Below the pieces are notes generated by a model. The model worked only from the letters and a program-made list of their open reading frames with translations. It was not told the DNA's origin and ran no database searches. A program made the position numbers and the translations under genes. Shown here piece by piece: positions 1-9,655 of a DNA stretch of 64,000 nt (the stretch's first letter is position 1; each line of letters starts with the position of its first letter). This DNA comes from a virus: the IMG/VR virus record IMGVR_UViG_3300012922_000006, positions 1-64,000 of that record. The stretch is one strand, 5' to 3'.

Positions 1-539
1 GGGCTCACCGGCTGCGGGCGCACGTTCACGCCCGGGATCACGACCTCCGTGAAGCCGTTGACCGCGGCCACGCGGATGCTCGTGTCGCTCGTCGCGATGG
101 TCGCGATCGTGACCGTCTGCCCCTGCAGGTACGCCTGGTGGAGCGCGTTGCGGGCGACGCGGTTGATGCTCTGCCCTGCCTGGAGGCCGAGCTGCTTGAT
201 GTTGCGGAGCAGCAGGTTCGCGTTCGCCGTCGTCGCCGTCGGCATGTGCGTGTCGATCGAGTCCGCGAACTGCGCGAGGTACGCGGCCCACTGCTCGAAG
301 GGCACCGACTGCCCGACGGGGTCCGTGCCGACCGGGATCGGCTTCACGGCGACCTTCAGGAGCCCCGCGCGGGACATGAAGATTTCCTGGCCGCTGTTCG
401 CCGGCCACTCCTCGGGCATCGCCTCCGCCCGGAACGCGAGGTTCGGGTAGAGCCCGTCGTGGAACGCGCGCTCGAGAAGACCCTTCTGATTCAGCTCCCC
501 GAGAGTCGGGGGCACCGCCTGGACGACCTGTCCTGCCAT
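1..539 (-). CDS. probable major capsid protein (N-terminal part, runs off the window edge)
   Basis: Not in the ORF track. ATG at 539 with GGAGG upstream; reads MAGQVVQAVPPTLGELNQKGLLERAFHDGLYPNLAFRAEAMPEEWPANSGQEIFMSRAGLLK..., open to the edge; lies downstream of the scaffold-like gene. Confidence 0.7.
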   Translation of the reverse strand, partial: MAGQVVQAVPPTLGELNQKGLLERAFHDGLYPNLAFRAEAMPEEWPANSGQEIFMSRAGLLKVAVKPIPVGTDPVGQSVPFEQWAAYLAQFADSIDTHMPTATTANANLLLRNIKQLGLQAGQSINRVARNALHQAYLQGQTVTIATIATSDTSIRVAAVNGFTEVVIPGVNVRPQPVS

Positions 540-729
540 GGTGAGTAACCTCCTGCGAGAAGACCTTCGGCCGCCTCGGCGCTGTCACGCGCCGGATCCG
601 CCTTCGGGGCCTCGCAGTCGTCTCCACCCGTGTCCACGCTCTTGCCGCGGCGTGTGCTCGCGTATTGGGGGATAGGACCGCTCCGCTTCCGACTCCCCGA
701 GGTGTACGAGTCGGGGACGGGGGTGGTCA

Positions 730-751
730 AGTCGAGGCCCGGGCCTCGACT
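730..751. repeat. 22-bp palindrome, copy 1 (extends to 26 bp, 728-753)
   Basis: AGTCGAGGCCCGGGCCTCGACT, intergenic. Confidence 0.98.
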
Positions 752-778
752 TGGTTCGCGGGCGGCATCGGCACCCCC

Positions 779-1000
779 ATGAAGAGGCTCGCGCGCTCCT
801 GCATCCTGTCGGCGAGGTACCACGTCGAGGCCGCGTCCCGGGACCTCCAGGAGGTCGTCCTCAAGGGGCTCGCGACCGACGAGCAGCTCGCGCACGCGGT
901 GCGGGCTCTCCGCCACATCGTCTCCTCCAGGTCGTCCGACGCGAGGAGCCGCGGCCTCGCGGTCGCGGCCCTCAAGAAGATCGGCGTCAGTCCCAGTTGA
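779..1000 (+). CDS. small hypothetical protein, antisense to the head operon
   Basis: ATG at 779 preceded by CGGCATCG-N8, the same promoter-like geometry seen genome-wide. Confidence 0.55.
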   Translation: MKRLARSCILSARYHVEAASRDLQEVVLKGLATDEQLAHAVRALRHIVSSRSSDARSRGLAVAALKKIGVSPS

Positions 1001-1865
1001 TGCCCATTTTCTGCGCCGCCGCGCGCGCCTGCTGCGAGTTCATCGCGTTCTGCGCCGACGGCGCGAAGCTCTGCTCCGCGTGCGCCCCGTTCGGCGGCGC
1101 GGGTCGCTCGTCGACGTTCGCCCCGTTCGTGATCGGCTGGCGCACCGGTGGCGGCGCCCCGCCCGCGCGGAGGCTCGCCTCGTAGCCAGTGGTCAGCTCC
1201 GGGTTCTCGCCCGCGAACTTCCCGAACCACTGCTCGATCACGCCGCCGATCTTCCCCTCGGTCTCGAGCTGCTCGAGCTGCTTGCGCGAGTACGTCGACG
1301 TCAGGTGCACGCCGAGCTGCCGGTAGACGTCCCCGCCGAGGAACTTCGGCTTGAGGAACTTCTCGCCGATCCCGCGCACCACCTGGTCGCTCGTCCTGAT
1401 CGCCTGGCTGCGGACCTCGTTCTGGTACTGCGTCTTGAACCGCTCGGCGCGCTGGCGCTCCTTGGCAACCTGCTCCTGCAGGCGCTGCTCGCTCGTCAGC
1501 GTGGCGACGCGCTGCTCCTCCTTCGTCCGCTCGTACTCCTCCGCCGCCTTGAGCTTCGCCTTCACCACCTCGGGGTCGTCGGTGCCGAAGGTGTCCTTCA
1601 GGTACTTCTTCGCGTGGCGGTCGTTGCGGGACCGGAGCGCCGCCCTCGTCATCTCGAATCGCTCGGTGCCCTCGGGGATCTCGTCGTCCTCTCCGACCTT
1701 AGGGATCGGCGGCGCACCCGCGGGCGGGGCTCCCGCTGCGGGAGGGGGGGCGCCCTGCGGCGGGGGTGCCGGGGGAGACGCGCCCGCGGGCGGGGCTCCC
1801 GCTGCGGGCGGGGGGTTCGCGGGCGGCTGCGTGCCCGGTGCGCTGGTGATCGGTTCGTCTGCCAT
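987..1865 (-). CDS. probable capsid scaffolding protein
   Basis: Pro/Ala-rich N-terminus, coiled-coil middle, upstream of the putative MCP; AGGAGG before ATG 1865. Confidence 0.7.
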   Translation of the reverse strand: MADEPITSAPGTQPPANPPPAAGAPPAGASPPAPPPQGAPPPAAGAPPAGAPPIPKVGEDDEIPEGTERFEMTRAALRSRNDRHAKKYLKDTFGTDDPEVVKAKLKAAEEYERTKEEQRVATLTSEQRLQEQVAKERQRAERFKTQYQNEVRSQAIRTSDQVVRGIGEKFLKPKFLGGDVYRQLGVHLTSTYSRKQLEQLETEGKIGGVIEQWFGKFAGENPELTTGYEASLRAGGAPPPVRQPITNGANVDERPAPPNGAHAEQSFAPSAQNAMNSQQARAAAQKMGINWD

Positions 1866-1951
1866 GAGTGTTCGCCTCCTGTCGGCAGAAAAGAATGAGG
1901 GGTGGAGGCACCCGCCGTCCACCCCTCACCCCGACCCGGACGCGCAGGGGC

Positions 1952-2653
1952 TTACTGCTGGACCGACGCGGCCTCGATGAGCGCGTCGACGTCGACCGCG
2001 CTCGCCACGAGGAGCTTCACGCGCGCGCTCGTCACCGCGTCGTCCGCGTTGTCGAAGACCACCGTGAGGCGGTCGAGGCTCAGGCACGCGGTGAGGGTCA
2101 CCGCGTTCGTGGCCGAGTTCGTCGTCACCGCGAACTTGCCGGTGTGCGTGCCCACGAGCGACTCGGCCTCGAGCAGGCGGACCGCGGGCCCGAGCTGCGT
2201 CGGGATCGTGAGCACGCCGGTCACGACGAGGAGGACCTGCTCCACGACGTCGCCCTTGTCGGGCTGGTAGACGACGTCGACCTTCGTCCACGCGTCCGTC
2301 GAGTTGAACAGGACGTCCCCGTTCGGGCTGACCTTGCAGTGGCCCGCCGCGGGCGCGGTGGACGCGTCCACGTCGATCGTCAGCAGGCCCTTCGTTCCGG
2401 TGCCGGCGAACGCGTACGCCTTCGTGATCACCAGCGCCTTGCCGTCCTCGGGGAGCGCGAGCGAGTTCGCGCCGGTCTGCACGACGTAGGGGTTCGCGGT
2501 GCCCGCGGCGAGCGGGACGCGCGCGCGGAGGAACGTGGGCATCGACCGGACGAAGTCGCCGAACGCGATCGTGCGGAGGATGCTGCCGATGGACCCGGGC
2601 TGGCCGCGGTTCATGGCCGCCTTGAGGGAGTTCGCGAGGGACGAGAGGGACAT
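1952..2653 (-). CDS. putative virion structural (head decoration-like) protein
   Basis: Beta-rich A/V/T composition, head-module context, SD GAGGAG. Confidence 0.5.
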   Translation of the reverse strand: MSLSSLANSLKAAMNRGQPGSIGSILRTIAFGDFVRSMPTFLRARVPLAAGTANPYVVQTGANSLALPEDGKALVITKAYAFAGTGTKGLLTIDVDASTAPAAGHCKVSPNGDVLFNSTDAWTKVDVVYQPDKGDVVEQVLLVVTGVLTIPTQLGPAVRLLEAESLVGTHTGKFAVTTNSATNAVTLTACLSLDRLTVVFDNADDAVTSARVKLLVASAVDVDALIEAASVQQ

Positions 2654-2818
2654 GGTTGGCTCCTCGGGGATCAGCGACGGTCGCCAGTTTCCCCTGACCG
2701 CGTGAGCCTACGTGCCCCCGGCAGCGCGCGCAAAACGAACGAGGTCCCCGCCGCTGTCACCCGGTGGGGACCCCCGCTTCGCGTATGACCGGTCAGCGTG
2801 TCGCGACTATGCCGCCGC

Positions 2819-3232
2819 TCACGCGTTGCCGAAGGCCGCGAACTCGAGCTGCCCGGCGCCCTGCACCTCGACGAGCGTGATCGGCTGCGCCGCGTCGCAC
2901 TCGTAGACCAGGAGCCCCGCGACGTGCTCGGTCGTGACGAACGAGCCTCCCGCCGGGTTCACGCGCGTGATGCGCACGTCCATGCCGATCGTCGTCCGCA
3001 TGTAGAGCAGGAACGCGCTCGACACCGACGACGACGAGCCGATCCCCCCGAGCGCGGTGAAGCTGCTCGGGGAGTTCACGTTCACCTGCTGCGTGCCCGT
3101 CCTCACCGCGTACTGCCGCGGGTCCTGCACCAGCCCGAACGGAGTCGTGTCCGTGCCGCTCGGGAACTGGTTGTCGCTCGAGGCGCTCGGACCCGCGACG
3201 AGCTGCCCGGTGAGGGAGACCTGGAGGCTCAT
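2819..3232 (-). CDS. hypothetical, likely structural protein
   Basis: S/T/V/G-rich beta-type ORF in the head module. Confidence 0.45.
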   Translation of the reverse strand: MSLQVSLTGQLVAGPSASSDNQFPSGTDTTPFGLVQDPRQYAVRTGTQQVNVNSPSSFTALGGIGSSSSVSSAFLLYMRTTIGMDVRITRVNPAGGSFVTTEHVAGLLVYECDAAQPITLVEVQGAGQLEFAAFGNA

Positions 3233-3235
3233 CGA

Positions 3236-3574
3236 CTATCGGAGGTTCTTGAAGGGCGACGCCGTGGAGCCGAGCGCGTCGACCCCGCCGAGCTTTCCAC
3301 CGGTGACCGCGCCGACGCTCGCCTGGAGCTGCTTGCCGCCGTCGCCCTTCGGGACCTCCTCCGCGGGCGGCGCGGGCATCGCCTCCGCCTGGCTCTGGTC
3401 GCGCGACTCCTTGGTGAAGTCGCGACCGCCCGTGGCGGGCTGCGACCCGTTCGGGTTCGTCGTGAAGTCGTGCCCACCCGTCGCCTGCTGCGAGGAGCTG
3501 CCGCCCGCGGGCTTGCCGTCGCTCGTCGCGAAGGGGGGCGCCGCCGTGTCCGAGACCTTGCCGTCCTGTCCCAT
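3236..3574 (-). CDS. hypothetical low-complexity protein
   Basis: SD AAGGAG; internal QxATGGxDFT repeat. Confidence 0.5.
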   Translation of the reverse strand: MGQDGKVSDTAAPPFATSDGKPAGGSSSQQATGGHDFTTNPNGSQPATGGRDFTKESRDQSQAEAMPAPPAEEVPKGDGGKQLQASVGAVTGGKLGGVDALGSTASPFKNLR

Positions 3575-3585
3575 GGTGTCTCTCC

Positions 3586-3783
3586 TTACTTCCGAATGCG
3601 GAAGGGCTTGTTGTCGTCCGGCCCACCGGCTGCGGGCCAGGGGATCGTCGGCGAGTGCATCGTGCCCGCGTCGTACTCGCTCGGCTGCGGGAGCGGGTTC
3701 GGGGGCCACGGGTTCACCTTCGGGGTCGACTTCTCCCCGTCGGACCCCTGACCGCCGGACCCCACCTTGAACGGCTTCGCCAT
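3586..3783 (-). CDS. small hypothetical protein
   Basis: Tiles with neighbours; KPF(K/R) motif at both ends. Confidence 0.5.
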   Translation of the reverse strand: MAKPFKVGSGGQGSDGEKSTPKVNPWPPNPLPQPSEYDAGTMHSPTIPWPAAGGPDDNKPFRIRK

Positions 3784-3813
3784 GCCCTGAGGGATACCGG
3801 GCCCCCAGGACCG

Positions 3814-3835
3814 AGTCGAGGCCCGGGCCTCGACT
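3814..3835. repeat. 22-bp palindrome, copy 2
   Basis: Exact copy; abuts the stop codon at 3836. Confidence 0.98.
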
Positions 3836-4021
3836 TCAGGTCGCGGGTCGGATCAGGCGCAGGTACTCGGCCGGGTCGTCCTGAAGCATGACCAGCGTAC
3901 GCGCGACGTCGTTGGGCACCTCGCCGTCCTCCCGCTGGATCTCGAGGAAGAGGTCCGCGGCAGCCCTCGCGTCGGCACGCGGGAGCGCGAGTACCTGGGC
4001 CCAGCGGTCCTTCTTCGCCAT
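3836..4021 (-). CDS. small hypothetical protein downstream of MuF
   Basis: CGGCATCC-N8-ATG start at 4021. Confidence 0.55.
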   Translation of the reverse strand: MAKKDRWAQVLALPRADARAAADLFLEIQREDGEVPNDVARTLVMLQDDPAEYLRLIRPAT

Positions 4022-4038
4022 GCCGCGCGGGATGCCGC

Positions 4039-5955
4039 TCACGTGCCCCACTCGTAGTTCAGGCCGTCGCGCAGCTTCTGCTGCTGCTCCTCGGTGAGGC
4101 CGAGAGCCTTCGCCTTGCAGAACGCGTCCGCCTGGTGATTCGGGTGGCTAAACTCCGCGTCCTTCGCCGTCCGGATCTCGACGAACGCGTCCTCGATCCG
4201 ACGGTCCATGTCCTTCACCTGCCCCATGACGCGCGCGACGCGCGCCTGGATCTTCATGATGAAGTCGTCGTACGCGCCGCTCCAGTACTTCGGTGCAGAC
4301 CGCTGCGACCACGAGTTCTCCCCGTGCCACTCGAACTTCGGCATCGCGAGGTCGGGATGATCTTCCGGGTCGAGACTGAGCAGCTCACGCGTCGCCCTGC
4401 GCGCCAGGATCTCCGTCCCGGCCTCCTCGAGCACGACGCCGATCCCCCGGTACGCCTCCTTCCGGATCGGCGACGCCCCGTGGACCTCCTCGTGGACCAG
4501 GACGTTGAGCGCGCGCTGCTGCCCAGGCATCGGGGCCTCCCCATCGCGCGCGTACGCGAGCCCGCGCACCGCGTCCCGCATCGTCGTCCGGTTGACCGAG
4601 ATCCCGCCGTTCCAGTGATGGTTGGCGAGCGCCTTCGGGTCATCGTCCATGAGGCGTATGTTGTCCGCGTTGGGTCGGTTCCCCTCAACGTCGAAGCTGC
4701 GGAGTCCCATCGCGCCGACGACGCGCTCGCGCAGCAGGGACCGAGTCTTCTGCGACGCGTCGATCTGGTCGAGCATGTGACTCTTTTCGTCGAGCACACC
4801 CGTCAGCGCGTCGTGCATGTCGCCCGCCCATTCCTCAGTCGTGCGCAGCTTCTCCTCCGGCTCCGCAGACGCGCTGTCCGGCTTCTTCTCTTCCTCCTCG
4901 GGGGCCTCCTCCTTGCCGACGAGCGAGAGGTCCACCGTCGACATGAGCGGGCGCGGGGGAGGCGGTCCCTTGCGACCCTCGACCTTCCAGCGCGCGAGGA
5001 CCTCCTCCCACGGGTGCGGCCTCAGGTACTCGGGGATCGGCCAAGACATGCGGTGCGGCGTCGTCACGGCACGGTCGTTCGGGCGGTCCGGCGGGTGCTC
5101 GCACGGCCCGAACCACGTCTCGAAGTCCTCGTCGACGCGCCTCACCTGCCCGTGCACCGCGATCGAGTCCGCGCCCGTACGGTCGTCGAACACGCAGCTG
5201 AGGATCTTCAGCATGTCTCCGAGCTGCTCGTCCGCGCTCTTCAGCGCCTTGAGCCCCGCGGCGTTCGCGGCGTGGTGCAGCTCCGTCCGCACGATGCGCT
5301 CGGCCCAGTGCGCCGGCGCGCCGCGCAGGAACGGGGAGTCGTTCCTCAGGTCCTCCGCCATCTCCGCGCGCGACTTCCGCGCGACGACGCCCGCCTGCAG
5401 CGTCCTCTCGAAGTGCCCGATGGCCTGCACGCCGTAGCGCCCGAGCACGCCCGCCTTCGCCTTGTGAGGCGCGTCGTCGACGCCGAACTCCTCGCCGCTC
5501 GAGGCGACGCGCCGGAGGATCGACGAGCGTGCGCCCTGCATCGCGGCCTCCATCATCGCCGACTCCCTGAGCGCGAGCGGCTGCGTCCCCACGCCGCGGA
5601 ACTCCTCGTCGGCCGCGCGCATGTACTCGGCCGTGTGGCTCGCGAACTGGTCGGCCGCACGCACGCCCGCGTCGAGCACGACCCGGCTCACGCCCGGCAC
5701 GAGCTGCCGCAGCACCAGCTCGACCTGCTTCAGCGTCGCGCGCGACTGCACCGCGCTGAATGTCTGGTCTCCCATCCCGCGCGCGGTCAGGTCGCGGAGC
5801 CGCGCCTCCAGCTCCCGCTGCGCGCGCTCGAGGACGAGCTTCAGCGCGCGCAGCCCCGCTGCCTGCTGGACCTCCACGGCGTTGCGGCGGTTCGCGTCGA
5901 GCACCACCTTCGCGCCCTGGAGCTTGCGCTCGCGCGCGCGGACCGCCCTCGCCAC
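4039..5955 (-). CDS. MuF/SPP1-gp7-like head morphogenesis protein with C-terminal zincin-like (HEXXH) extension
   Basis: AERIVRTE...HGQVR...HPPDRPNDR MuF-type motifs; HEEVH followed by LEEAGTE in the C-terminal part; next to the portal. Confidence 0.75.
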   Translation of the reverse strand: MARAVRARERKLQGAKVVLDANRRNAVEVQQAAGLRALKLVLERAQRELEARLRDLTARGMGDQTFSAVQSRATLKQVELVLRQLVPGVSRVVLDAGVRAADQFASHTAEYMRAADEEFRGVGTQPLALRESAMMEAAMQGARSSILRRVASSGEEFGVDDAPHKAKAGVLGRYGVQAIGHFERTLQAGVVARKSRAEMAEDLRNDSPFLRGAPAHWAERIVRTELHHAANAAGLKALKSADEQLGDMLKILSCVFDDRTGADSIAVHGQVRRVDEDFETWFGPCEHPPDRPNDRAVTTPHRMSWPIPEYLRPHPWEEVLARWKVEGRKGPPPPRPLMSTVDLSLVGKEEAPEEEEKKPDSASAEPEEKLRTTEEWAGDMHDALTGVLDEKSHMLDQIDASQKTRSLLRERVVGAMGLRSFDVEGNRPNADNIRLMDDDPKALANHHWNGGISVNRTTMRDAVRGLAYARDGEAPMPGQQRALNVLVHEEVHGASPIRKEAYRGIGVVLEEAGTEILARRATRELLSLDPEDHPDLAMPKFEWHGENSWSQRSAPKYWSGAYDDFIMKIQARVARVMGQVKDMDRRIEDAFVEIRTAKDAEFSHPNHQADAFCKAKALGLTEEQQQKLRDGLNYEWGT

Positions 5956-5958
5956 CCG

Positions 5959-6219
5959 CTACCTCCCGAGGAGGCGGAGCTTCAGGTTCTCGATCCCCAG
6001 CACGAGGTGCGCGATCTGCCCGTTCGGCCCGACCACCTCGTGCGTGTGGACGCGGAGGTCGGTGCACTGGGCCGCGATGCAGACCGCGACCACCTCGCCG
6101 CGCTCCGCCTGCGCGAGCACCTCGCGCAGCGCCCCGATGACGTCCTCGTCCGGCTTGTGGATGCTGGGCACCTCCCGCACCGCCGGCGCACGCGCGCGCT
6201 TCCCCCGCATGGTCCTCAA
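5959..6219 (-). CDS. hypothetical protein
   Basis: Tiles between the portal and MuF genes. Confidence 0.5.
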   Translation of the reverse strand: MRTMRGKRARAPAVREVPSIHKPDEDVIGALREVLAQAERGEVVAVCIAAQCTDLRVHTHEVVGPNGQIAHLVLGIENLKLRLLGR

Positions 6220-8420
6220 CCTCCGGGCAGCTTATTGCCGCCTGGCTTCGGCGGGATCCCTCCCGGGCCGCCCAGCGGGTGCGGCATGGGGGGACGCGGC
6301 GGCGGGAGCTTGGGCGGCCCCGCTGGGGGAGCGCCGACGGGGGGTGCCCCCGGTGCGGGCGGAGCGCCCCCGGGCGGCGGTGAGGGCTTCGGCGGGCCGG
6401 CGGGAGGCGCTCCCTTTGGCGGTCCTCCGAAGCCGAGGGGACCCGCACCCGGCGGAGGCGCGGGAGGCACCGCGGGAGCCGCGCCGACCTTCCCGAGCGC
6501 GGTGTTCGCGGCGACCGCGATCGGCGTCGCGTACTGCGCCTTGTAGGCCGCGAGCGTGAGGTTCCCGTCCGGCCCCTGGAGCTTCCCGAGCCCCATGCTC
6601 TCGCGCGCCTCGTTGACCGTGACGATCGTGCTCGCGTCCGCGGGCGTGACCGTGACCTGCCCGCCGGCGTCGTCCGGGGGAGCACCCGCGTCCGGGGCGG
6701 GCGGCAGCTGCGGCGCCTTCTGCTGGCGCACCATCTTCGCCCCAGTGGGCATCTCCATCGTGTGCTTGAGGTCCCCGCCCGTCGCGGCGGTCTGGTTGAA
6801 CATCTTCTCTTGCTGGTCCTGCGCCGCGGCCTGGTGCTTCGTGAGCTGCCGCCACTCCGCGCCGCCGTCGCGCCCGAACGTCGCGCTCGCGATCTCCGTC
6901 GCCGTCTGCGGGCTCATGAACGCCTGGCCGCCCACCGCCGTCGACAGCGTCGTCACCGTCGCCTGCTGGTCCGTCGGCGTCGGCAGGAAGTACTCGCCCC
7001 ACTCCGTCTCGACGTGCTCCGACTCGCCGGGCTCCAGCTCGTCGACCTCGACCTCCCCCGTGTCCGGGTCCTCCACCACCTTCGGCGGGAGGTCGACAAC
7101 GAGCTTCACCTCGCGCGAGTTCCCGAGCGCGTCGAAGACGACGATCGTGCTGCGCGACGCCTGTCGCGCGACCACGAGCATCGGCTCGAGGAACCGGCGG
7201 ATGCCTGGGCCGTACTGCCCGCGCAGCACGTCGCTCTGCCCGAGCATCTGCGCGAAGACCATCTTCAGCGCGACGCTGCTCGTGCCCGCGGCGGCGATCT
7301 TGTCCGGGTCCGGGAACACGCACGACGCGACCTCCAGCGTGTTCGAGCGCTTCATGTTGAAGAGCTTCACGCCCGCCTCGATCGAGGTACCCGCCAGCTC
7401 CATGTAGTCCGCGTCGCCGTCCTCGCCGACGACGAGCGCCTTCTCACTGCCCTTCTCGACGCCCGTCATGTTGACGAGGTCGGGGTCCATCTTGAGGACC
7501 AGCGTGGGGTCGAGGTTCAGGATCCCGCCGCGCGCGAGCACGCTCGAGAGGATGTCGAGCGTGTCGAAGTTCTCGTAGAGGCCCTCGTAGTCGGGGTCAC
7601 CGTCCTCACCCTCCGTCGGCGTGTTCGGGACCCAGACGAAGTGGCAGATCCCGTCCTTGTGCTCGCAGCTCTTCGCGAGGTCGGGCACGAAGAGCGGGTC
7701 CTTCCCCGCCTCCACCTTCGCCGGGAAGAAGACGACCTCCCAGTCCAGCGACCAGTCGCGCCGGAACCAGTAGTCGACGTAGCGGACCCGCTTGACCTCC
7801 GCGTCGTACTCGAGGCGCTGGAACTTGTAGGCCTCCGTCACGTGCCGCGGCACGTACTGGTCGCGGTCATCCCACGAATGCACGCGGATGTTCTTCGCGT
7901 TGTGCACCTGCACGCGCGGGCGGCCCTTCCTAAAGTTCCAACTCGCGCACGCGGTCCCCGTCGCGCCCCCGAGGTTGCGCATGTGGACCATCTTCGACGG
8001 CAGGTCGCACGCCTTGCTGAGCGCCTTGACGTAGTCCTCCGCCTTGTCGTCCCCCGGCGTGAGCAGCTCCGGGAACCGCTTGTCGCCGAGCAGCATCGCC
8101 GTGAACGCCTTCACGATCGCGCGCGACAGGCGGTACGGCGACGACGGCCTGCGCTGGCGGAGCGGCACGTAGCCGCCCTGCCCCGACCCGAGCAGGGGCT
8201 GCGTCGCGCCCGCGCTCCCCGGGCTCACGCGGTTCCCGTCGAAGTCGACCGTCTTGTGGTCGTGCTGCGTGCACTGGAAGTAGCTCTGCTTCCGGTCGAG
8301 GTCCCTGTACCGCTCCTCGCTGATGATCGACGCGACGACGCTGCGCTCGTCCGAGGAGCTGCCGTCACCGAGCCACGCCCCCGAGGGCTGCCCGACCGAC
8401 TCCATGTTCCGCATGACCAT
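6216..8420 (-). CDS. portal protein with long Pro-rich C-terminal tail
   Basis: Size, position upstream of MuF, SPP1-like features (SSVALK..F, EWGEYF.PTPTD) and a TVNEARESMGL motif. Confidence 0.75.
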   Translation of the reverse strand: MVMRNMESVGQPSGAWLGDGSSSDERSVVASIISEERYRDLDRKQSYFQCTQHDHKTVDFDGNRVSPGSAGATQPLLGSGQGGYVPLRQRRPSSPYRLSRAIVKAFTAMLLGDKRFPELLTPGDDKAEDYVKALSKACDLPSKMVHMRNLGGATGTACASWNFRKGRPRVQVHNAKNIRVHSWDDRDQYVPRHVTEAYKFQRLEYDAEVKRVRYVDYWFRRDWSLDWEVVFFPAKVEAGKDPLFVPDLAKSCEHKDGICHFVWVPNTPTEGEDGDPDYEGLYENFDTLDILSSVLARGGILNLDPTLVLKMDPDLVNMTGVEKGSEKALVVGEDGDADYMELAGTSIEAGVKLFNMKRSNTLEVASCVFPDPDKIAAAGTSSVALKMVFAQMLGQSDVLRGQYGPGIRRFLEPMLVVARQASRSTIVVFDALGNSREVKLVVDLPPKVVEDPDTGEVEVDELEPGESEHVETEWGEYFLPTPTDQQATVTTLSTAVGGQAFMSPQTATEIASATFGRDGGAEWRQLTKHQAAAQDQQEKMFNQTAATGGDLKHTMEMPTGAKMVRQQKAPQLPPAPDAGAPPDDAGGQVTVTPADASTIVTVNEARESMGLGKLQGPDGNLTLAAYKAQYATPIAVAANTALGKVGAAPAVPPAPPPGAGPLGFGGPPKGAPPAGPPKPSPPPGGAPPAPGAPPVGAPPAGPPKLPPPRPPMPHPLGGPGGIPPKPGGNKLPGG

Positions 8421-8695
8421 CAGCGACCCCCGATCCGCGCACCCGGGAACCGCGCCGCGAGGCTGCCCTCGAGCGGCGCCTCAGGCACCTCGCGCACGGG
8501 TGCGGGTACCCGAACGCCACTCGCGATCAACTCCTGCCCCCGCTCCCCGATCTCCACGGGCGGGAGCGGCGAGGGGTCGAGCGCCTCGACCTCTGCCTCC
8601 TCCACCGCACCCGCCAGCTCGTCGCCCGCGACCCGGAGGCCGAGGCGCATCAGCCACGTGCCGACCCGGAGGCGCGCTCCCGCAATGACCCGCAT
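8420..8695 (-). CDS. hypothetical protein
   Basis: Stop overlaps the portal start; start codon uncertain. Confidence 0.4.
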   Translation of the reverse strand: MRVIAGARLRVGTWLMRLGLRVAGDELAGAVEEAEVEALDPSPLPPVEIGERGQELIASGVRVPAPVREVPEAPLEGSLAARFPGARIGGR

Positions 8696-8732
8696 GCGGT
8701 CGAGTTTTACATACGACGGCATCTGCATGCGG

Positions 8733-9206
8733 GTGCACGTCGATGAAGAACGGTTCTGGTCAAAGGTTCTCATCGGTGACGATTGTTGGAACTGGACCGA
8801 CTCTACGACCAAGGCCGGGTACGGAAACTTTCGGTTCGGTCGACAACAAGTTTATGCGCACCGGTATGCATTCGTGTTGTTCAACGGTCCGATCACATCG
8901 GACGCCCCAGTGGTTCGACACAAGTGCGACAACCCGAAATGCGTTCGCCCATCCCACCTCGAGTCAGGAACTCAGAACGATAACGTTCGCGACCGAGTCG
9001 AACGCGGGCGACAAGGTGTCGCACCCTCGCGAATATCAAAACTAACGATGCCGGTTCTTCATGAGATCCGTTCGTTGCGTGGTCAGATGCTTCAAAGAGA
9101 GATCGCGAAACTGTTCGATATCTCGCAATCCACCGTGAGTCGGATCCAATCTGAGGTCGCCCCTCAGGCCTGCGTCGTGAGGTCCGGCGCCATGCAGAAG
9201 GTGTAG
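8733..9206 (+). CDS. HNH homing endonuclease (with C-terminal HTH)
   Basis: CWNW...GYG...AHR...VRHKCDNPKCVRPSHL..GTQNDN; lower GC; GTG start with CGGCATCT-N8. Confidence 0.9.
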   Translation: MHVDEERFWSKVLIGDDCWNWTDSTTKAGYGNFRFGRQQVYAHRYAFVLFNGPITSDAPVVRHKCDNPKCVRPSHLESGTQNDNVRDRVERGRQGVAPSRISKLTMPVLHEIRSLRGQMLQREIAKLFDISQSTVSRIQSEVAPQACVVRSGAMQKV

Positions 9207-9655
9207 AGGCCGTCGTGCGCGGTCGCGCCCGGGTCGTCGACGACGAGCTGCAGGCGCGGGGCACCGGGGCTCATGTTCAGGAGGTCCTTCGAGGTGGTGG
9301 CCATCTCCATCACGGCGAGCACGTCGAAGAAGCTCACCTGGTTCACCGCGAGCGCGACCTGCGCGCCGAGCTGGTACCAGCTCTGCGTGTTGTCGAGGAA
9401 CAGGTACATGCGCGCGTTGAGCGACACGGGCGTCGCCGCGTCCGTCGTGTACGTCACGGCGACCCGGTGGACCGGCCACCCGACCGAGGCGAATATCTTC
9501 GACGAGTAGAAGTTGTCCTGCTTCGTCGCGCCGCCGCTGTCGGCGCCATCCTTCGGGACGCTGCCCGAGACGCCCGTCTTGTTGTCGCTGCCGAGAGCGG
9601 GCGTCCCCGCGGGCGACCCGCCCTTCTGTCGCTGGAACTGGAAGGGAAACTTCAT
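9164..9655 (-). CDS. hypothetical, possibly virion protein
   Basis: ATGA overlap with the upstream gene; C-terminal part of the tracked ORF. Confidence 0.5.
   Translation of the reverse strand: MKFPFQFQRQKGGSPAGTPALGSDNKTGVSGSVPKDGADSGGATKQDNFYSSKIFASVGWPVHRVAVTYTTDAATPVSLNARMYLFLDNTQSWYQLGAQVALAVNQVSFFDVLAVMEMATTSKDLLNMSPGAPRLQLVVDDPGATAHDGLYTFCMAPDLTTQA

Noticed and set aside
1710-1830. Repeated CCCGCGGGCGGGGCTCCCGCTGCGGG units
   Set aside because: They simply encode PAAGAPPAG low-complexity repeats in the scaffold protein.
8576-8590. GTCGAG-CGC-CTCGAC as a 15th palindrome copy filling the 9.3-kb gap
   Set aside because: Only the 6-bp outer arms match, the spacing differs, and such sequences are common in this genome's codons.
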